Shown here: one piece after another, positions 39,201 through 54,479 of the stretch
How positions within the stretch are numbered: the stretch's first letter is position 1
Layout of the letters: each line of letters begins with the position of its first letter
Assembly (NCBI GenBank): GCA_036172245.1
Contig: JAYWIR010000029.1
Location: forward strand, 868,001 to 932,000
Source: Raillietiella orientalis
Taxonomy: Eukaryota
DNA: 64,000 nucleotides
Direction of reading: 5' to 3'
Notes under the pieces: generated by a model
The model's database searches: none
The model's input: the letters and a program-made list of their open reading frames with translations, nothing else
Told to the model about the DNA's origin: nothing
Translations under genes and position numbers: made by a program

Positions 39201-42200
39201 CACGAACAGGTGGTTGCAGAGACAAACGTGGAACTCCTTTCTGAACCGGATTGAAAGCAGTCTCAGGAGGAAACGGCTGAAAAGGGAATCCCGCAGCCTC
39301 GAGGAAATTCCCCCCTCTTTCAGAAAACTTGCGGCTGAGAGCTCGGTAGGTTCCACAAGCCACAACAGATCAACGAAAGAGAGGAAGAAAACTGGAGCAG
39401 CGGAAAGATCCGAATGACAACGTGCGAGTTCGAATTTCACCAACCGTCTAGTCAGTCATTCTACCCTGCATCGTGTGTGCTCCTGCTGTGTTCTCCTGGA
39501 GACACTTTTGGTCACAAAAGCTTCAGCGTTCTCGGCTGTCCAGAGAGGGGGCAAAACAGGGAACCGCGTTGCAAGAGGCCGTTGCGCCAACAGAAAAAGA
39601 AGGAGGATGGAACCTTGAGAACTTTCCAGATAAACTTTCCAGATGCACGCAACCCCCTACAACAAGTGCACCCGTTTAAAGATGGGGATGGCAATCTGAA
39701 GAAACTACTACTGTGAGCAGCCAGGATCCAGCAGCACCGACCGAAACTGGCGCTAATCGAAATGAGGACCATCACAGTCCCATAGAGAGGATCAACAGCG
39801 TTGGTCAGCGCAATCCCCATTCATCAGTCTTGGAAACTCCGAGCTCTTACGTGACTTCTCGTAAGGATCGCTGTCGGGAATGTTCCGCCACGGTTCGCTC
39901 TTGCTTCAAACAGGGCTCCTTTAACCCAGCGGCCTTCTCTCGACATCCCGCCTACTTATTTGGGACGGCAAGTTTGAAAATGACAAGGACCTACAATGTG
40001 TTCCATAGCACGACGGAGCATCTGTCACGAGTACCCGTCACTGCTGACCATCACTTGCACTGCAGAGGGGACGACAAATGGGAGGAGGCATCTCTTTGCT
40101 CTGGGTACGAAAGGTGCAACTGAGTTCCGATGAGGGAAGAGACCTCTCTTCGAAAAAGAGGAATGGGAAGCGCGCCTTTTGAAACGGGGAGAAAGCGACC
40201 ACTGATGCCATAGACAGGAGCAGAAGGAATCGTTTCAAACTCGGGCGTTGGTCTAGCGGACGTGTTCTTCTCAGAAAACTCATGCAACCGTCGAGGAAAG
40301 GCACCAAGCCGGCGGGAGACAAGCCACAAAAAAAATCGGCTTCGCTTACTACCAAAAGAAACAGAATTCCGGGAAGCGCGGCATTACTCGTTCGTTTTAC
40401 CAGTTTCTGGAATCGCAGTGAGAGAGTTGGCTCTGGGAAGACAGAAACAAAAGTTCTTGTAGTCGGACTGCTGGTGATCAGATCACAGTTCTCACTTGGC
40501 CACTGCTAGTGGCACAGAACAAACGGCACATTCGTTTCTGAGTTCTTCCCGTGTGTTGGTCTGGAAAAGCGTCACTTTTCCACTGCGAAATTTTTTTTTT
40601 TTTTCCTCTTCCTGCTTCACGACGTCCGATGCTCCAGGAACAGCCTTACTCGGTCGTTTTCACTGCGAGGTCTTTTGACTCGACGGCGCTGACCAGTCAC
40701 CTCACTGAGTGGGAGGAAGAACTCGGCCGAGCGCTTTCCGAGTCGTGGCAGCGCCTTGCAATCCGGTCCACGCCTCCACAAAGCACTGTTACGACGTTAC
40801 ACTCTATTAAAGATGATTGTCGTGCACGTCACAGTCACTCCCATCTGGTTCCGAGGGTGGAAGGCCCGACTTGCAGCCCTAGAGGTCCCCGCTTTTTCCG
40901 ATTCTTTCATGACTGTAGTAGATTTGGTAGCAACTTCATAAAACAAGGAGGAGAAACTGCTTCCAGGGATTACTACATCCTCGGTTCCTGAGGCTCGTTT
41001 TGCTTCCCCTTCGTTTTCCCTGGATGCTCCGGCTGTCACCAAGGATCTCCACGAATTTTGAGGAAAACTTTCCAGGTCCCCCTTCAGCATCGAAATCTTT
41101 GTGCATTTCCTCTTCATCGGCTGCTACTCGTTCCGTCAGTGACCACCGGAGTTTTCATTTTTTTTCTCACAGAGAATTCCAGCACGAATCCCAGAGCTGG
41201 TTCCAGCAGTGCAGAAGAACACTGGATGGAGATGAAAGTGAACGGATAGGTCACCAGATGGGGACTTATCCATGGAACACAACCGGCAAGAAGCCACCGT
41301 GATTGTCACTGACGATGGAAAGCTGCGTTTCTTCGACTCTGTACGTACCGAGTGCTTTCGTTTACGGCTCCGTCACCTTTTTGCCACGTCCGTGTTGCGT
41401 TTCTTACCTCTCCTGTCCGAGTTCGCTACGCGGGGGGTACAGAGCAATTCTTCCTTGAGAAGTAAGAGAAAGCAGAAATGAGGCTGTGGGCGTGTGTTGC
41501 AGCAGAGAATGAAGATCGAAGGCCTTCCGACTTTTTCAGAGACCTAGACGACAGCGGGAAAGTCTACAGAGCTAGTTAGTTGCAACAACTTGATTACTAG
41601 ATTCCCTAAATTCCATCTCTTTCGCCCTACTTTCTGAAGCCACGAGAGAGCACGTTTCGCCCTCTTCCTCCGGGAATAACTCGTCCTCGCCGAGTCGCGA
41701 AACGAGACAACTTTTTGGAAAACCAACGGTTGCGGTAAACCGATCGAAATGCCGAGATGAAAGCGAACGTCAGCAACTCCCGCAGTCCCTTGAAATGATT
41801 ATTTTTTTGAACATACCTTAAATATTCACTTAGGGGAACACAAAACTCTCTTTTCTGCAACGAGAACAAGGAGAGAGAGAGAGAGAGGGGAAAAACAGCA
41901 TGAGCTGCGGGACTCGGGAATTCGATGGTATACGCTCTTGAGTGTGCACGGTCGATTAAGGTGACTTTCCGGTTCAGCACATTCTAAAGTTGAGAACATT
42001 TTCACATGCCGTAGGAGTTTCGCGACGGGAGCGGCCTCCCATCCTGCACTTAACCAAGTAAAAACCGAAAACTGAAGAAATCTTTCGTTACTTAGCATCT
42101 GTTTCCCATCATCGACAGAGTTGGTTAGGTAGGTCAGTAGAGCAGTGAAGTTTAGCTTGTGAATTTCAAAAACAGGTTAGACCGTTAGCACAGATTTCCG

Positions 42201-45200
42201 CTCGAAGAATTCGCAAGTCTTATCTTCCGAGAAAAAAGGACGTAGACTTTGCTTCACGAAACACTTTGCAAACCTTATCTCGACTTTTAGATCTCCAGTG
42301 ATAAATAGAGAAAGTGGCATTCCTGCAAATTTTCATGGGCTTTTCAGGCGATTCCATTCAAACAGGAAAGCCTGGAAATTGGTGAGTTCCTCGATTTTTT
42401 ATTCCTGCCAGGTATCTCTGGTTCACGGATTTTTATTTTTTTTTTCGAAAAAGGAAAAACTTTTGCGGTTTGTTCCTTCGGGTTGCCATAGCAGCTGGCA
42501 ATGATGATGTCCGATCTTGATGGTCGCCAAATCAAATTCCTATGCCAATTTTCTTTTTCGCTACAGTCTCCATCGATCCCGAACTTTGGTCAGCCACAGC
42601 TCCCGGCAAGACGCAGTAACTTCCAGAAATGAAGCCAGAAAAACCCATTCACGCCTCCTTCATGACTGCAGTTGGATTCTTCCTTGGAAAGCGTGAACCT
42701 TGGTGGCTCACGGTCCCCCCCAAGGTTCTCTTCTGTTTCGGAAGAATTTTTTTTTTTTTCCATCCGTTTCCCATGATCTGTTCTGTTCTTGATCCAGTTC
42801 TGATTGGATCGCAAGCCTGGGTCTTATTCGATAATCCTTTGTACAGCTCTACTATTAGCACATGCGGATACTTGCAGACAGTCAAACTTCTTCAAGTTTT
42901 CTCGTACTTTTTCTTCTTTCGTTGTTTTCAAAAAAAAAACAAAAAACAAAAATAAGAACAAGAATACAGAATAAGTTCTCCATTTTCTCATTTTTCTTGT
43001 TTTCACTCTTAGGAAAAGAACTGTGATAGAAGTGGTTCAGAATCCTTCCAGGCTGCTTTCTATCGCACTGAGTAAAAAGCTCGATAGCATTTTTAGAGCA
43101 CACTTGCATTTTGTTCTTCGTTCGTGGCGTGATGGCTTTCAAAACGACCTATTCTGAAAACAGGATGCTCGTGAACAAGGATCCCACGATGACAGTGACA
43201 TTATTACTCTTCCAACAGTAGCAGATGGTTCCACGGAAGCACCAAGTTTTCCTCTAAAGAATGTAAGATGTGATCCGAAGCCAGGAGATACGCATTTCTT
43301 TATAAAAAGCGCATGGTAGAAAGCCAGAGCGAGAGGATTCTATTCTCGCCTGGAGACCTACTCACCGGCTTAGAGGAGCCACCAATGGCAGCGCTGTTGT
43401 TACCGACCATAAATATTCAAAGTCATGTGGAAAAAAAAGGAAAGAAGGAAAGACGAAAGCTTTGAAACGCCGGTGTGCTGATTCGTGTATGAGTTCCGTG
43501 GAAATGGTGGTTCCGTTCCTCGGAATACGGATCGCGTCCTGTAACGCTAACAAGAGTAGCTTCAGGTGCTGGAAGGCCTCGAAGACCGGAGCATATTGCA
43601 CAACTCACTCGTGTAATCCCTCAAGTCGAATCACACAAAAGAGCTTTAAAGTTTGCTTCTGGCTAGTGACATTGCTAGGGAGATGCGCCCTCTTCCTTTA
43701 GGATGGAAGTTTCAATGCTTGCTGCACCATCTACGGAGAGCAGCCCGGTGACGTTTGAAGAACGAAGTGCAACATGGAAAACAATGAAAAATCCCGTTTC
43801 GCATGGACCAAAGCTGATGTCCTGGAAAACCTGAGTTTTCTGAAGGGATTGTTGCTTCCGGATGCATCGAAACCCTATCGAAAATGCACCGCGAGCCCCC
43901 CCTTTCAGGACTCCAGGGTTTACACTCCTGCACTCGGCGCTTATTCTCATCGCTCCGTGTGTCCAGAGAGTCTGAACAGGAAGTTGCGGAGCGGATATAC
44001 GCGGATGTTTACACGAATGAAGAGGTCGACCTTCTGGCAAGATGGGGCCTCTCCACCCGAAATCAGCGAGTCTCGGCAGTTCCAGGGCTCGAGGCATCTT
44101 CCTCCCTGCATCCAAGATGACACGAACTCCGAGAAACTCGCTTTGATTCAAATGTTTGCATTCGGTACCCTTCTCTAGCTACAGCGCTTTCGGTCTGCAT
44201 TCCTTTGCGCGCATCTTGCTTAGGAGGAGGAAGAATCGAACTCGAAAATTTCCATGCTCTTTTGCTTCCACGACACCCCCACTCCGTGACCCGTCTCTTC
44301 TTACAGATTCGGAATCTTGGCTGTTGCCTCATCGGATCCCACAGTTCTTCAACCCTTCTATTGGGAATGGAACAATCCTTTGTGATTGTGTCAAATGGAG
44401 ATAATTGACGTTGTTCGACAAATCAGGACATGAGTTCCTTCAGATCCACAGCACGGAACAAAGTGGTACTAAACTCTTCGAACTGCCTCAGATCTAGAGG
44501 ACCACGCAAAGGTCGTTGAGGTCACTCACCACAGACATGTATCGAGAAGAATAAAGAAAAAACAACAACTGGATTTGTTTTCAACGAAAGATCGATGAAG
44601 GAGCAGCGATGAAGCTACAGGAAGGGTAGGGTGCAAGGGCAAAATGGCAACCACGTATCCTTTAAAAAGACCTACCAATTTGGCTACGAAACCCTCTCCC
44701 TCACACGCACACACATACAAAAAGAACTGTAAAAGTCGGATCTACAAGAACGGCATTTTGCGAAGAGAAAATTCATGTTCTCTCCAACAGGGAGATCTCA
44801 TTGTGAGCTTGTGCAAAGCACTGCTGCAAGCAAACAAGAAATATCCACTGCCACCATGGCTTGACCGGCCCGAACTCTGGGGACAGAAACCCTCCAAATG
44901 TAAAGCCTCTTTTCAGAGTGAAAGGTAGAAACTTTGGACGCGAGGCCAGAAGAAGTGTATAGACAGAGGGAGGCAGGGTTCCTCGTGCGAATGCCTTGCA
45001 TTCTATGTAGCCACATCTGGGGACTCCGTAAAGTGCAGCTCATTGGAGATTCGCTGTAGAAGAGTTCCCGCCGCCTCTGCTAGTGCAAAGTGCTTCATTG
45101 CACGAACCATTCCAAGGTCATGCTGCATCCGAGACCCCCCCCGGAAGCGAACAGCATCTTTCCACTGTCACGAGGTCTCTGCGTCCATCTTCTAACAGAT

Positions 45201-48200
45201 GCGCAGCAATTCAAATCCGTTATCTTCCGCCTCGCCTAGCACTACGGTTAAAAATCTTCCATTTCCCCCATCTTTTCGGTCTCGCACTGTCACTCATGAG
45301 TGGGCGAATCTCGCGTTGGCGGGACCAAAGAAGACTCGCTTTTTCTCAGAGACCGCAAACCTCCTTTCCTGCAAGAGGAAGAAGCTTTCCGCCAATCCAG
45401 CCAAACCATACCTTGCTTATTTGGAGCGGTTGGCCTCTTTCGGGGTTTGGACCTCACAAATAAACGCGACAACTTGAGGTTGTCGCGTTTATTTGCACAA
45501 AATGTTCACCTTTTTCACGTTGAACACTTTCAGAACTTCCGTGAGCGCCCTCAGATGGGCGATTACGGAAACAGGTGAGCTAAGGATGAGTGGAGGAGGA
45601 AACGGTAAGCGAGCCCCTCTTTTGATGGAACCACCTTGTCTCCTTAAAGAGCTTTCTTCCCCCGAAACCTTGTTCCCGAGAACGCGGATGACGAGGACGA
45701 AAAAGTCCGAGGATCAGTAGGCAGTGCTTCGAGGAAGGAGCTGCGTCCCAAAGTGCAGCAGCACAAAGGTGGCGTCCTTCCCCCACGCAGTTTCTTGAGC
45801 AGCTCCAAAAAAGTAGGCTGGGCGACGAGTTTGCTGCGGTATTTCGGGTAGGTCAGGGGACCCCACCAAGAAAGAGAAAGGTGTGTTCTGTGCAGTTTCT
45901 TCCCGATCTTCCGGAGTCACCGCCTTGTCACCGCATGCTGCCGTTCCTTGTAGGAGCCCTTCGTGTTTGTTTTTCGTGCATGTTTCCAGAATGTCGCGTC
46001 CGTTCAATCTCCTCAAATCTTGATCTCCATCAAGTCAAAAAAAAAAAATCTCTGCCTTCGTGATGGGACTCAAGAGGAGTGAATGCGATTCCCTGGACTT
46101 CCTACGGCCATCTGCACCATTTGCCGCATTTTATTTTTCTGTTCGCTCACTTTGCTGGTGCGTACACAAGCTGCCCAGGCACCGATGAGCCAAGAGGACG
46201 ATGGGTCTTCCCTTGCATCTACAAGAGGGAACTTCCATCTTAGCGTGCTATAGGGTGCTCCCACCAACCCCACATGACTCTCCAGAAGAGCTCAGTGGCT
46301 GAAGAGCCAGAATGCCCCGGAGCAAGGCAACTGCCTTGCTCCGGGAATCACGCCCTCAGTTGCCGACGCAGCCACTTTCTTTTGAAGGCGAGGGTGGCGA
46401 AACCTCCTTTGCCACTCAAGGAGGAGGAGGAAAGGAAGCTGCCACGAGAGCCAAAATCGTTCCTCGTGTCTGAAGAGGAAGAATGAAAGGGCCGGTCCCC
46501 ACCACAGAAACCATTGGCTGTTCTCCGTCCACCGATTTTCCGAACGCCCTTTCTTCCAGAGGACATCTGAACGACAAGCAGGACGTCGAGAAAACTGACT
46601 GTGCTGTACCACTATTCCTGGAGTGTCGCTTACAAATGCTTTAAAAGATTATCGCTTGTTTGGCTTTAACGAGAGGTGGTCTTCCTCAAAGTAAAGCTCG
46701 GGCCGTTCTTCCTTAACACAACTGCAGACGCGGGGGGTAATCCAATCCAAACTCAGTCGCCAAGGGAGCGGTGCGAAGACCAAGAAGCTCCTACGAGCAC
46801 TGGGAGATCCAAGCGGCCTCAAAAGCCCTTCCTGTCGAACGACGCGGGATGAAAAGAGAAAGAACAAAGGTGTCTGCTGAACGGTCGGTAGCCACAGCAA
46901 AACGTAGTCAACGGTCCCGGCGATCGAAACGACGGATAATCTTAGGACAAAGTTTTTCTCCCGATAACCGCCGTTTATCTTTCCCCCCTTCTGCTGCGGG
47001 TTACGGCGGAGCAGATCCGACTATTCTCTCCCCTTTCTCTCGAGTTTGTCGATCTCGTCTGCGCTTGTTCGTCTTCCTGTGAAACTTCCAAACCAAGGAG
47101 AGAAATCGCGCTGTTGAATGAACGCTCTGTTGTTGAATCTGCGTTCAACAGGAGAGCGTGCGGTTGAAGATGGATTCATCCTGGTCGGATATCCATTTAC
47201 AATAAGGGATTAATGAAAGAGTATTAATCGACGCAGGCGACAACAGACAGACAAAAGAATGCACCAAGTTCGTCGCGGACCTGTCCAAGGGAGCACCCTG
47301 TCGAAAGGACACCACGACCGTAAAGCCAAGGCGAGCCGACGATCAAGACACCCTGGGGAGCAACAAGCGGTGATAAATAGGATGATGCACTTGAGTACAA
47401 CTGTAAGAACGTGAGCGGAAAGCAGAATTCGCGCGCGGTTAGTGGAGGAGGTCAGTGTTTGGAAATGGTCCGAACTTCATGCGATAAGTGGCAGTTTGGT
47501 AGTTCAAAAACACTTCAGAAACACACACACCACGCATGCACATACACGAAAGGGAGACGACGTGTGCTAATGATCTTCGAAAAAGCAGTAACTCCGAAGA
47601 GAGCGCAACGAAACACGGCAAACGCAGGCGGGCAACACACGTAGAACAAGTATCGTCCGAAAAAGCACAGCTCGCGCCTTCCGCGTTCGAAGATTCGCAC
47701 GCACGCGCGTGAACACAAAAAGACGCGAATGCAGATTTTCAAACCGGCTCTCAGCCTGCCTGTTGACAGACGTCTTGCTGGTTCAAAAAGGTAATCAGGG
47801 CCTCCCACCGAGGAATGTCCACGTCACAAAAAATTTATTGCATTTCGCCGTTCTCGTTATGTAATGAAACCACCTGCCTGGATGCTGGTTGTTGAGAGGC
47901 CCCGCAAAAACAATTCAATGGCAGCTCCGTATGGCACCAGAAAGCTCACCCTTTGTCACAGCTCGACCGAGGCACCGTGCAGCACACGAGACCACGGAAT
48001 GTGCAAACGTGAACGTATTCGGTCCACCTCTGCCTGTACTCACAGGAAGTGCATCCAACCTGTTTCTTGAACAAAGAGGGAAAAAGAGATCTCCGAGCGT
48101 CCCTGAGCGGATCCGAAATATTTCCACTGGTGCACTCCTGCTAGCATCGGAAGCATTTCCGGGTTTGTCGAGCACGAGACATGGCACGCCGAGCGCAACT

Positions 48201-51200
48201 TTTGCCAGCACAGATTTCAATCTACTCAACAACGACAAAAGAACAAATTTACCGGCCCTCCACAGATCGTTTCTTGAGAATGGACCCGCAGTCGCTCGTG
48301 ATCTTCTGCTCAGGAAAGGTTTACGAAGTTCATCTGAGTTTGCATATCGGAGGGGGTAGGGGAGAGAGAGAGGAGAGAAAAAAAAAAAAAACACTGAGTC
48401 CTCAACGTCTCTGCACGAGCGAAAGAATCCTGCGAATTCGTTGAGCCATCTTTGGGCAACTAGGAAACAAACGGGATCGAAAATCACGTCCTATGGCTTG
48501 CCGGTAAAATAAATCGTCTGATCACGTGACCGTCGGGGGACAATCCGACTGGCATGTGCATATTCGGATGGAAATGCCGTATGCATGGCGCGTTCCTCGC
48601 TGGCGGCGTCCTTTCAGTAATTTTTTCTGGTTAATGAACTGAACCTCCAGCTTCCTTCTGAATGGAGCAGTACGCAGAATTTTTCATGATTCGCAGCACA
48701 CACTCAAGAGTTGCAAACGACCTCATTAGTGCTCCATCTTTGTATGTGATGAGACACAGTAATGCAGAAATAACTGCACCATCGACCTTTCTTCCTTGAG
48801 TCTGACCTGCACGAGTGGTGAATTTCCAAGTTGCGCTCGCGTGCTGGCCTATGACCTCCGGTTCTCGCGCAAGCTTTGCCTGAGCTGTTAGTGGGAAGTC
48901 CGGTGTCCAGTTCCAACCGACACTCGCACTTGGACGGGGAAAACCGGGTGGTTGCTCTGGCAACGCTCGGGTCACGGGAACTGAGATCGGAAAGGGTTCC
49001 ATGGTGCACGCTGTGTCTTCATTCGCAAGCATCGGCCATTTGCAGCTCGTCTCTAGCCTAGAAAGAGGAATTTGCACCTGCTTAAAATGATGTACGAGGC
49101 ACGTGTATCATTCCTTGTTTGTTCGTTGTCTCCGAATTGGGACACAAGGAGGACACAAGCCTTGCTGGAAACAAGTAAACATAGCTGTAAAAAAAAAATG
49201 AGTAATGAAGCAACGATGCTTCCGAGGTCGCCGGCTGGGCCAACGTCCGGTGCTTGCGCATATTCTCAAACGGTTCATACGTCACGCTGACGGCAATTAC
49301 ACGAAGACTTCAAAGTCTGTGCTCTGCTCGTCAAGAGGCTTAATCTAATGGGTATCGGCAGAAGGCTTGGCACACGATGCAGATGCAGAACAGATCGATT
49401 GCGCACTGGGGCGTTCCCAGGAGTCTGTGCAGCCCCTCCTTTACAGAACGATAATACTCGCACCATGTTGAGAACCCGTTATCTACTCCCATAGGTACCA
49501 GTTGCTCTTGGACTAACCAAGGACAATCACTTCCCAACAGCTCCACGTCTCGCTGAGACGCTAATCAAAGGATGACAAGTAAGGTGGATGACAGTAGAGA
49601 AACCGGAAGAAGCTCTCTGAAGGGAACTTGCCATCGGTCCGATTATGGTGCAGTTAGAGGAAGTATCTGCATGGACAATGTGCGGCGGTCACCCTGGTGG
49701 AGACTTCTGGAACTTATTGGCCGATTGGGATGCCGGAAGCTGCTACAAACCAGCTCGTTACATCCGGAGAAGACCGGACTTTGACAAACGCTAGATAAGA
49801 TGGAGCTTCTGGGTATTTCTCAGAGCTACAAATGCTGTTGTTCACCAACTTCTTAGATGACCTCCAGGAGTTTCTAAAGTTTATGGCATTAACAAGAGAG
49901 TGAGCAGCAGAATATCTGTTCAGAGCTCCTCCTTATTATCCAGACGGGACACTGCGATTTAGATTGATCCTTAACGAGAAAGAAATCCATTCGAAATTGC
50001 CAGTTCATCGCTGCACAAAGTGGATCTTCCGACTGATCAGGTAAACAAGAAGAATGAGTAGACAAAGTGGGAGAATGACGTGGAGAAAGTCATCCGTCGC
50101 ATAATTTGCCTGAGGTGTCTCAGATGAGAAAGTGAACTCTCTGGTTGTCAGTTAGCAGCATCCGGGAGGGATGCAGAGAATACTTCTGGTTGCTTTCAAA
50201 TATGCGTGTTTTCATCAAATGGGAGAAGGATGTTGATAAATGTATCTGATTTGCCTCTATGTCTGAATAGACTTGACTCTTGGCAGTTGATGCTCACAAA
50301 ACTAAATTGGTCTAAAATCATGTTGTAGATGGATTTTTTTTTTTTCTTACAGAATTCAAAGAGAAATTTAGCCTAAGTGCATACTAAACAACACGATGGA
50401 CTTATCGTAAATGGTCTGCTATTCATTGAAATCAAAAACGTCTGAAAAGAGAGTAGAAGGCAGTAGAGAGTGTTCGAATGAAAAATATAATTGGAGTTCA
50501 GATCAGCAGCAACAGGAAAAGGGAAGGCAGGAAATGGAAGGATTTCTGACTACTAAATAATTTCATAGCAGGAATAATGCTAAGGTTTACTAAACTCAGG
50601 AAACGAATTACAGATGGAGTCTATTTTTAATTATTTGATCAAGGATCATTGCAAATTAAGTGAAGAGCTGAAACTAACCTCGAAAGTATGAACAGCAAGA
50701 TTTACTGATCGTGGTTTTTGGAACTTTGGCACCAACGGAACAAATATGGCGCTGATAACGGAAGCAACTTCTATCTAAAGCAGACATAAAAGCATACCGT
50801 GGTAGCAGAATCGTCCCTTTTGTGGTGAATTCCAGCTCATAAAAGTCATAACTGACCATCCCTTGATAGAAAGGTGCACCCTTTCATGTCTTTTAATATG
50901 AAGAACAGATTTTTTGTCAAAACTTTTAACATGACGAAATTCCAGACCAACGCCGCGGCCATTCTCGATTTTATACTATAGTGTGAAGGTCTTCACGTTA
51001 TCTTGAATTTCACAAACTCATTTAATGTTTATCAACCTTAGCAGATGGTTGATTGCAGTTTCCCCTGTTTTCAGGAGAATGCACCCAGTTCCTTGAAAGG
51101 TTGTGTAAACAACACCGGGGGGACACGTCCGCTCGATCGCTTAAAATCGCGCTCACTTAACACCGAACTCCTGCTGAATGTCGTGTGTATAAATCAAAAA

Positions 51201-52959
51201 AAATTCAGTTGAGAGCCTTCCATCACAAACACGTGGAAGAGAACCGTTTAAAGGATGGAATTAATAAGCAGGTCTCACTTTATTGAGCCAGTAGACAGAT
51301 TTTCAAAACCAGTCACATCATTCGCTTGCACTTATGACGTAAAACTATTTGGCTTCCAATTTATGCAGCTGTGAATGTAGTTATTGTGTTCCTCCACTGC
51401 CTTGTTCCTCTTCTGGGTTTTAGGGCTTCGTATCCCTTATTCCAGTCCTCGTTATCCGTCCCATTTGCTCTTTTCGCAAACACCTTTCTTTGGCATGGGA
51501 TCTACCCATACCTCTCTCTCTGCTTTTGAATTCTAGACTCTTGTCTCGGACATGTACCCTCTATAGCCTGTGTGCTTAGCACGTGTGTTTTCGGAGCTCC
51601 GAAATCATACATTTTCTTAGAGAGTGTGATTCTGAAAGCAAAGGAAACTGTTTGTATTGCTGAGTGATCAAGGTCCACGAGGTATGGGCACAGAATTTTC
51701 GAAAATAAGTGCATCGGTAATTGAGAGATTTAGTAGTTCTCCTGCACAGAAACCAAAATGCGCAGCTCGTTTTTGCGTATGTCTGTCGATACAGCCACAG
51801 AAAATCACACGAGCCAGATGGAATGAACTTGTTAGAGAAAGATCTCGAATCCGCTATTCCTTTAATTAAGAGCGATCTTGTGTGAAGAAGACAGCTCAGA
51901 GGATCAGCTCAAGCTTAAAGTTTCTCATCGAAAACTGACTTTGGAATGAAACACTCCATTGCATATTTCCTTTGTTTTCTCCTTTGGGAGCTCAGAACTA
52001 ATCCAATAGGATTTAATTTGACGAAAGTTTCATGCTTAACTGCCCTACACCTACTACACTACCTCACAATCAAGGACCAATGATCATCAGAGGTTTAGCA
52101 CTTTCGGAAAGTAGCAGTGATTTTCGGTAGCAGAATACACTAACCATGCCTTCGGAATGCTGCGTGAGTCTGAAATGCGGATACATGACATCTAAATCAA
52201 GCACAAGTAAATTCATCTTAGCAGCACTGTTAACAATAGCCCTTAACCGTTATTTCAACATCCATGACCTAGTTAGTCATTTCACCAAAGAGCATCTCAA
52301 AAGCAGAGAGCAGTTTCCCGGAAAACTCACAAGCCAGAAACTGTGAGAACGCTTTAAATGCAAATTCTTTTTCTCTTTTGTTTGTTTGTTTTCAACGCAG
52401 CGGAGGTGATGACCACGTTGGAGAAGCTGATGGTGTATGGAAGGCTTACTTGAGGATCCTCGGACAGAATCAAGTTCGGTGGGTTCCCTTCATCATTTGA
52501 CCGTATCGATCGAAAGGATTCCAGGTTACGAAACCAATCGAGTAGGAACTGTCCTCACTTCCTTCGAAGAGTGAGCACTTTTCTGTGGCAATGCTGCTTG
52601 CATGAGTCAGAAGTCTTTCACAAATCACAACTCTGTCGGACATTTTTTTTTGGTTTTCCAGAGATGGCAGTAATTATTTCTTACGATGGTGAGGAATCCT
52701 ACTTCTGCCTATTCCTCTGAATCTGTTGACCTTTTTATTTCGGGCTGCTATGTAGCACAGCAGTTTGCAGAGCTTGGAAAAGACTTTGCGCAGATTTCCT
52801 TATTGGATCAGTACATATCAGAATAACACGAAGTATTTGGTACATCAGTACATAATAATTCAGCCGCATGTGGCTTACGTATTATGAATTCCGGTGCTCA
52901 GTTTGGAGTTTGATAGGTTTTGAAAGAAAAACACACACACACACACACACAAAAAAAAA

Positions 52960-53100
52960 AAATGCAGCAAACATCGGCATGAGTTGACTCCAATGACCCA
53001 AGGAAGTATGCCGAGACCTGCTGAATGATTTCACAGTTCCAAAAAATGGAGGCAGGCAGAAAATTTCCTAATTCTTATTGATAATGCTACAGGCATTTTT
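52960..53100 (+). mobile_element. Possible pogo/Tigger DDE transposase remnant
   Basis: Frameshifted ...LNDF...AGRKF.ILIDNATG resembles the Tigger motif RKILL..DNA..H. Confidence 0.3.
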
Positions 53101-53286
53101 GGACATTTTCCAGGGGATTATTTGTGGAACCACCCCATTTTTCTCTTGAGTGATCTTTCAAAGTGCGACTGATACATCCAGCAATCTCGCATGCTGCAAA
53201 ATCTTGCTGCCTTGTATTCCCCTTGCTTGTTGGTCAGTACATGGCATCTGAAAATTCCAGTCATGTCGAACGGAGAGCTCCATTCT

Positions 53287-53340
53287 ACACACACACACAC
53301 ACACACACATACATACATACTTTACATAGACAGACACATA
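53287..53340. repeat. (CA)n/(CATA)n microsatellite
   Basis: Seen directly. Similar (CA)n tracts occur at about 13151-13168, 52930-52950 and 62563-62579. Confidence 0.9.
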
Positions 53341-54479
53341 TTTTTTCACATTCACATGTATGTAGGTTGACGACAGTTTTCTTGAGAGCAGCTTGGTCTA
53401 CGAACTCTTTTTGATATCCAAGACTTCTGAAAAGTCAGTTTCACATTGAAGAGATTTTTCATTTTGTGGTGCACACAAAAATCCTCATGAGCTCTGTGAC
53501 TAAAAGCAAAGAAATCATATTCCTATCTTTCATAGAAATAGAGGACCATTTGCAAGGTGTCCTTATCATTCCAATAATTTAGGATTTGGGAACTGTAGCA
53601 GCCACTGAAAACAAGGAGGTAAACATCTGCGGTGACTTTTCTGCAGGTTCGCTTCAACTCTTGCAGATTTCATTTTGAAAAAAGCAGTTTATTTTTGAGG
53701 CTTTGCTTCTAGTCACAGCTTCTTCCAAGGACTGAACATTAAACTCTCAAAACAACCTGATCCTCTAAGGAACAGAAAAAAAAAGAAGGCTAGTATCTTC
53801 GGTTTCATCGCAACATATCAGTGTGATTTCATAGACATTTGAAGCCATGTTCCTCTTTCCAGATTTCCTCAACTCAAAGCAGCAGCTAGTCCAGGGTGGT
53901 GAGAGGTCGTCTCAGCAGAGTTATGGAAAGCATAAGAAATCAGATCTAAGGGATTCAGAAATCATTGCTTCTATCCCGTATTTTACTCTACCATCACCCT
54001 CTCGCTATTAGTGAGACAGTCAAAAACAAGCATCAGAGAATGAGTGAATGATCGAAGAATTAGCGAGCAGCATCAAACCACCAAACTTCGTAACCATAAA
54101 CAAAGGATTACCTCGGACGATACACAAGAAACTCCTCTGAGAAAGTTGACAGCCATCACAAAAGAAATGTACTGGAAAACGTATGCAGGTACTCATTTTC
54201 TTTAATCGTTCTCCACACCTTCATCCTTTTTTTCGTAGTGTGTGTGTGCAGGGAAAAATGCCGTGTTTATTTTAAAAACATGGACAAGAACTAAATGTTT
54301 GGGAAGAGTCGGTTAGGAAGTGAGGGCTGCAAAACTGAGGACAGATACTCAAATACGGTTGATGACCAATAGTATAGTGCATCTCTTGAGAATATGGTGG
54401 GAATATCTGAATTTTCACTCATCCATGTATCATCTGTTTGCTCCATCTTTGCTCGGATTGTGAAGGAGTTCCATTGCAA

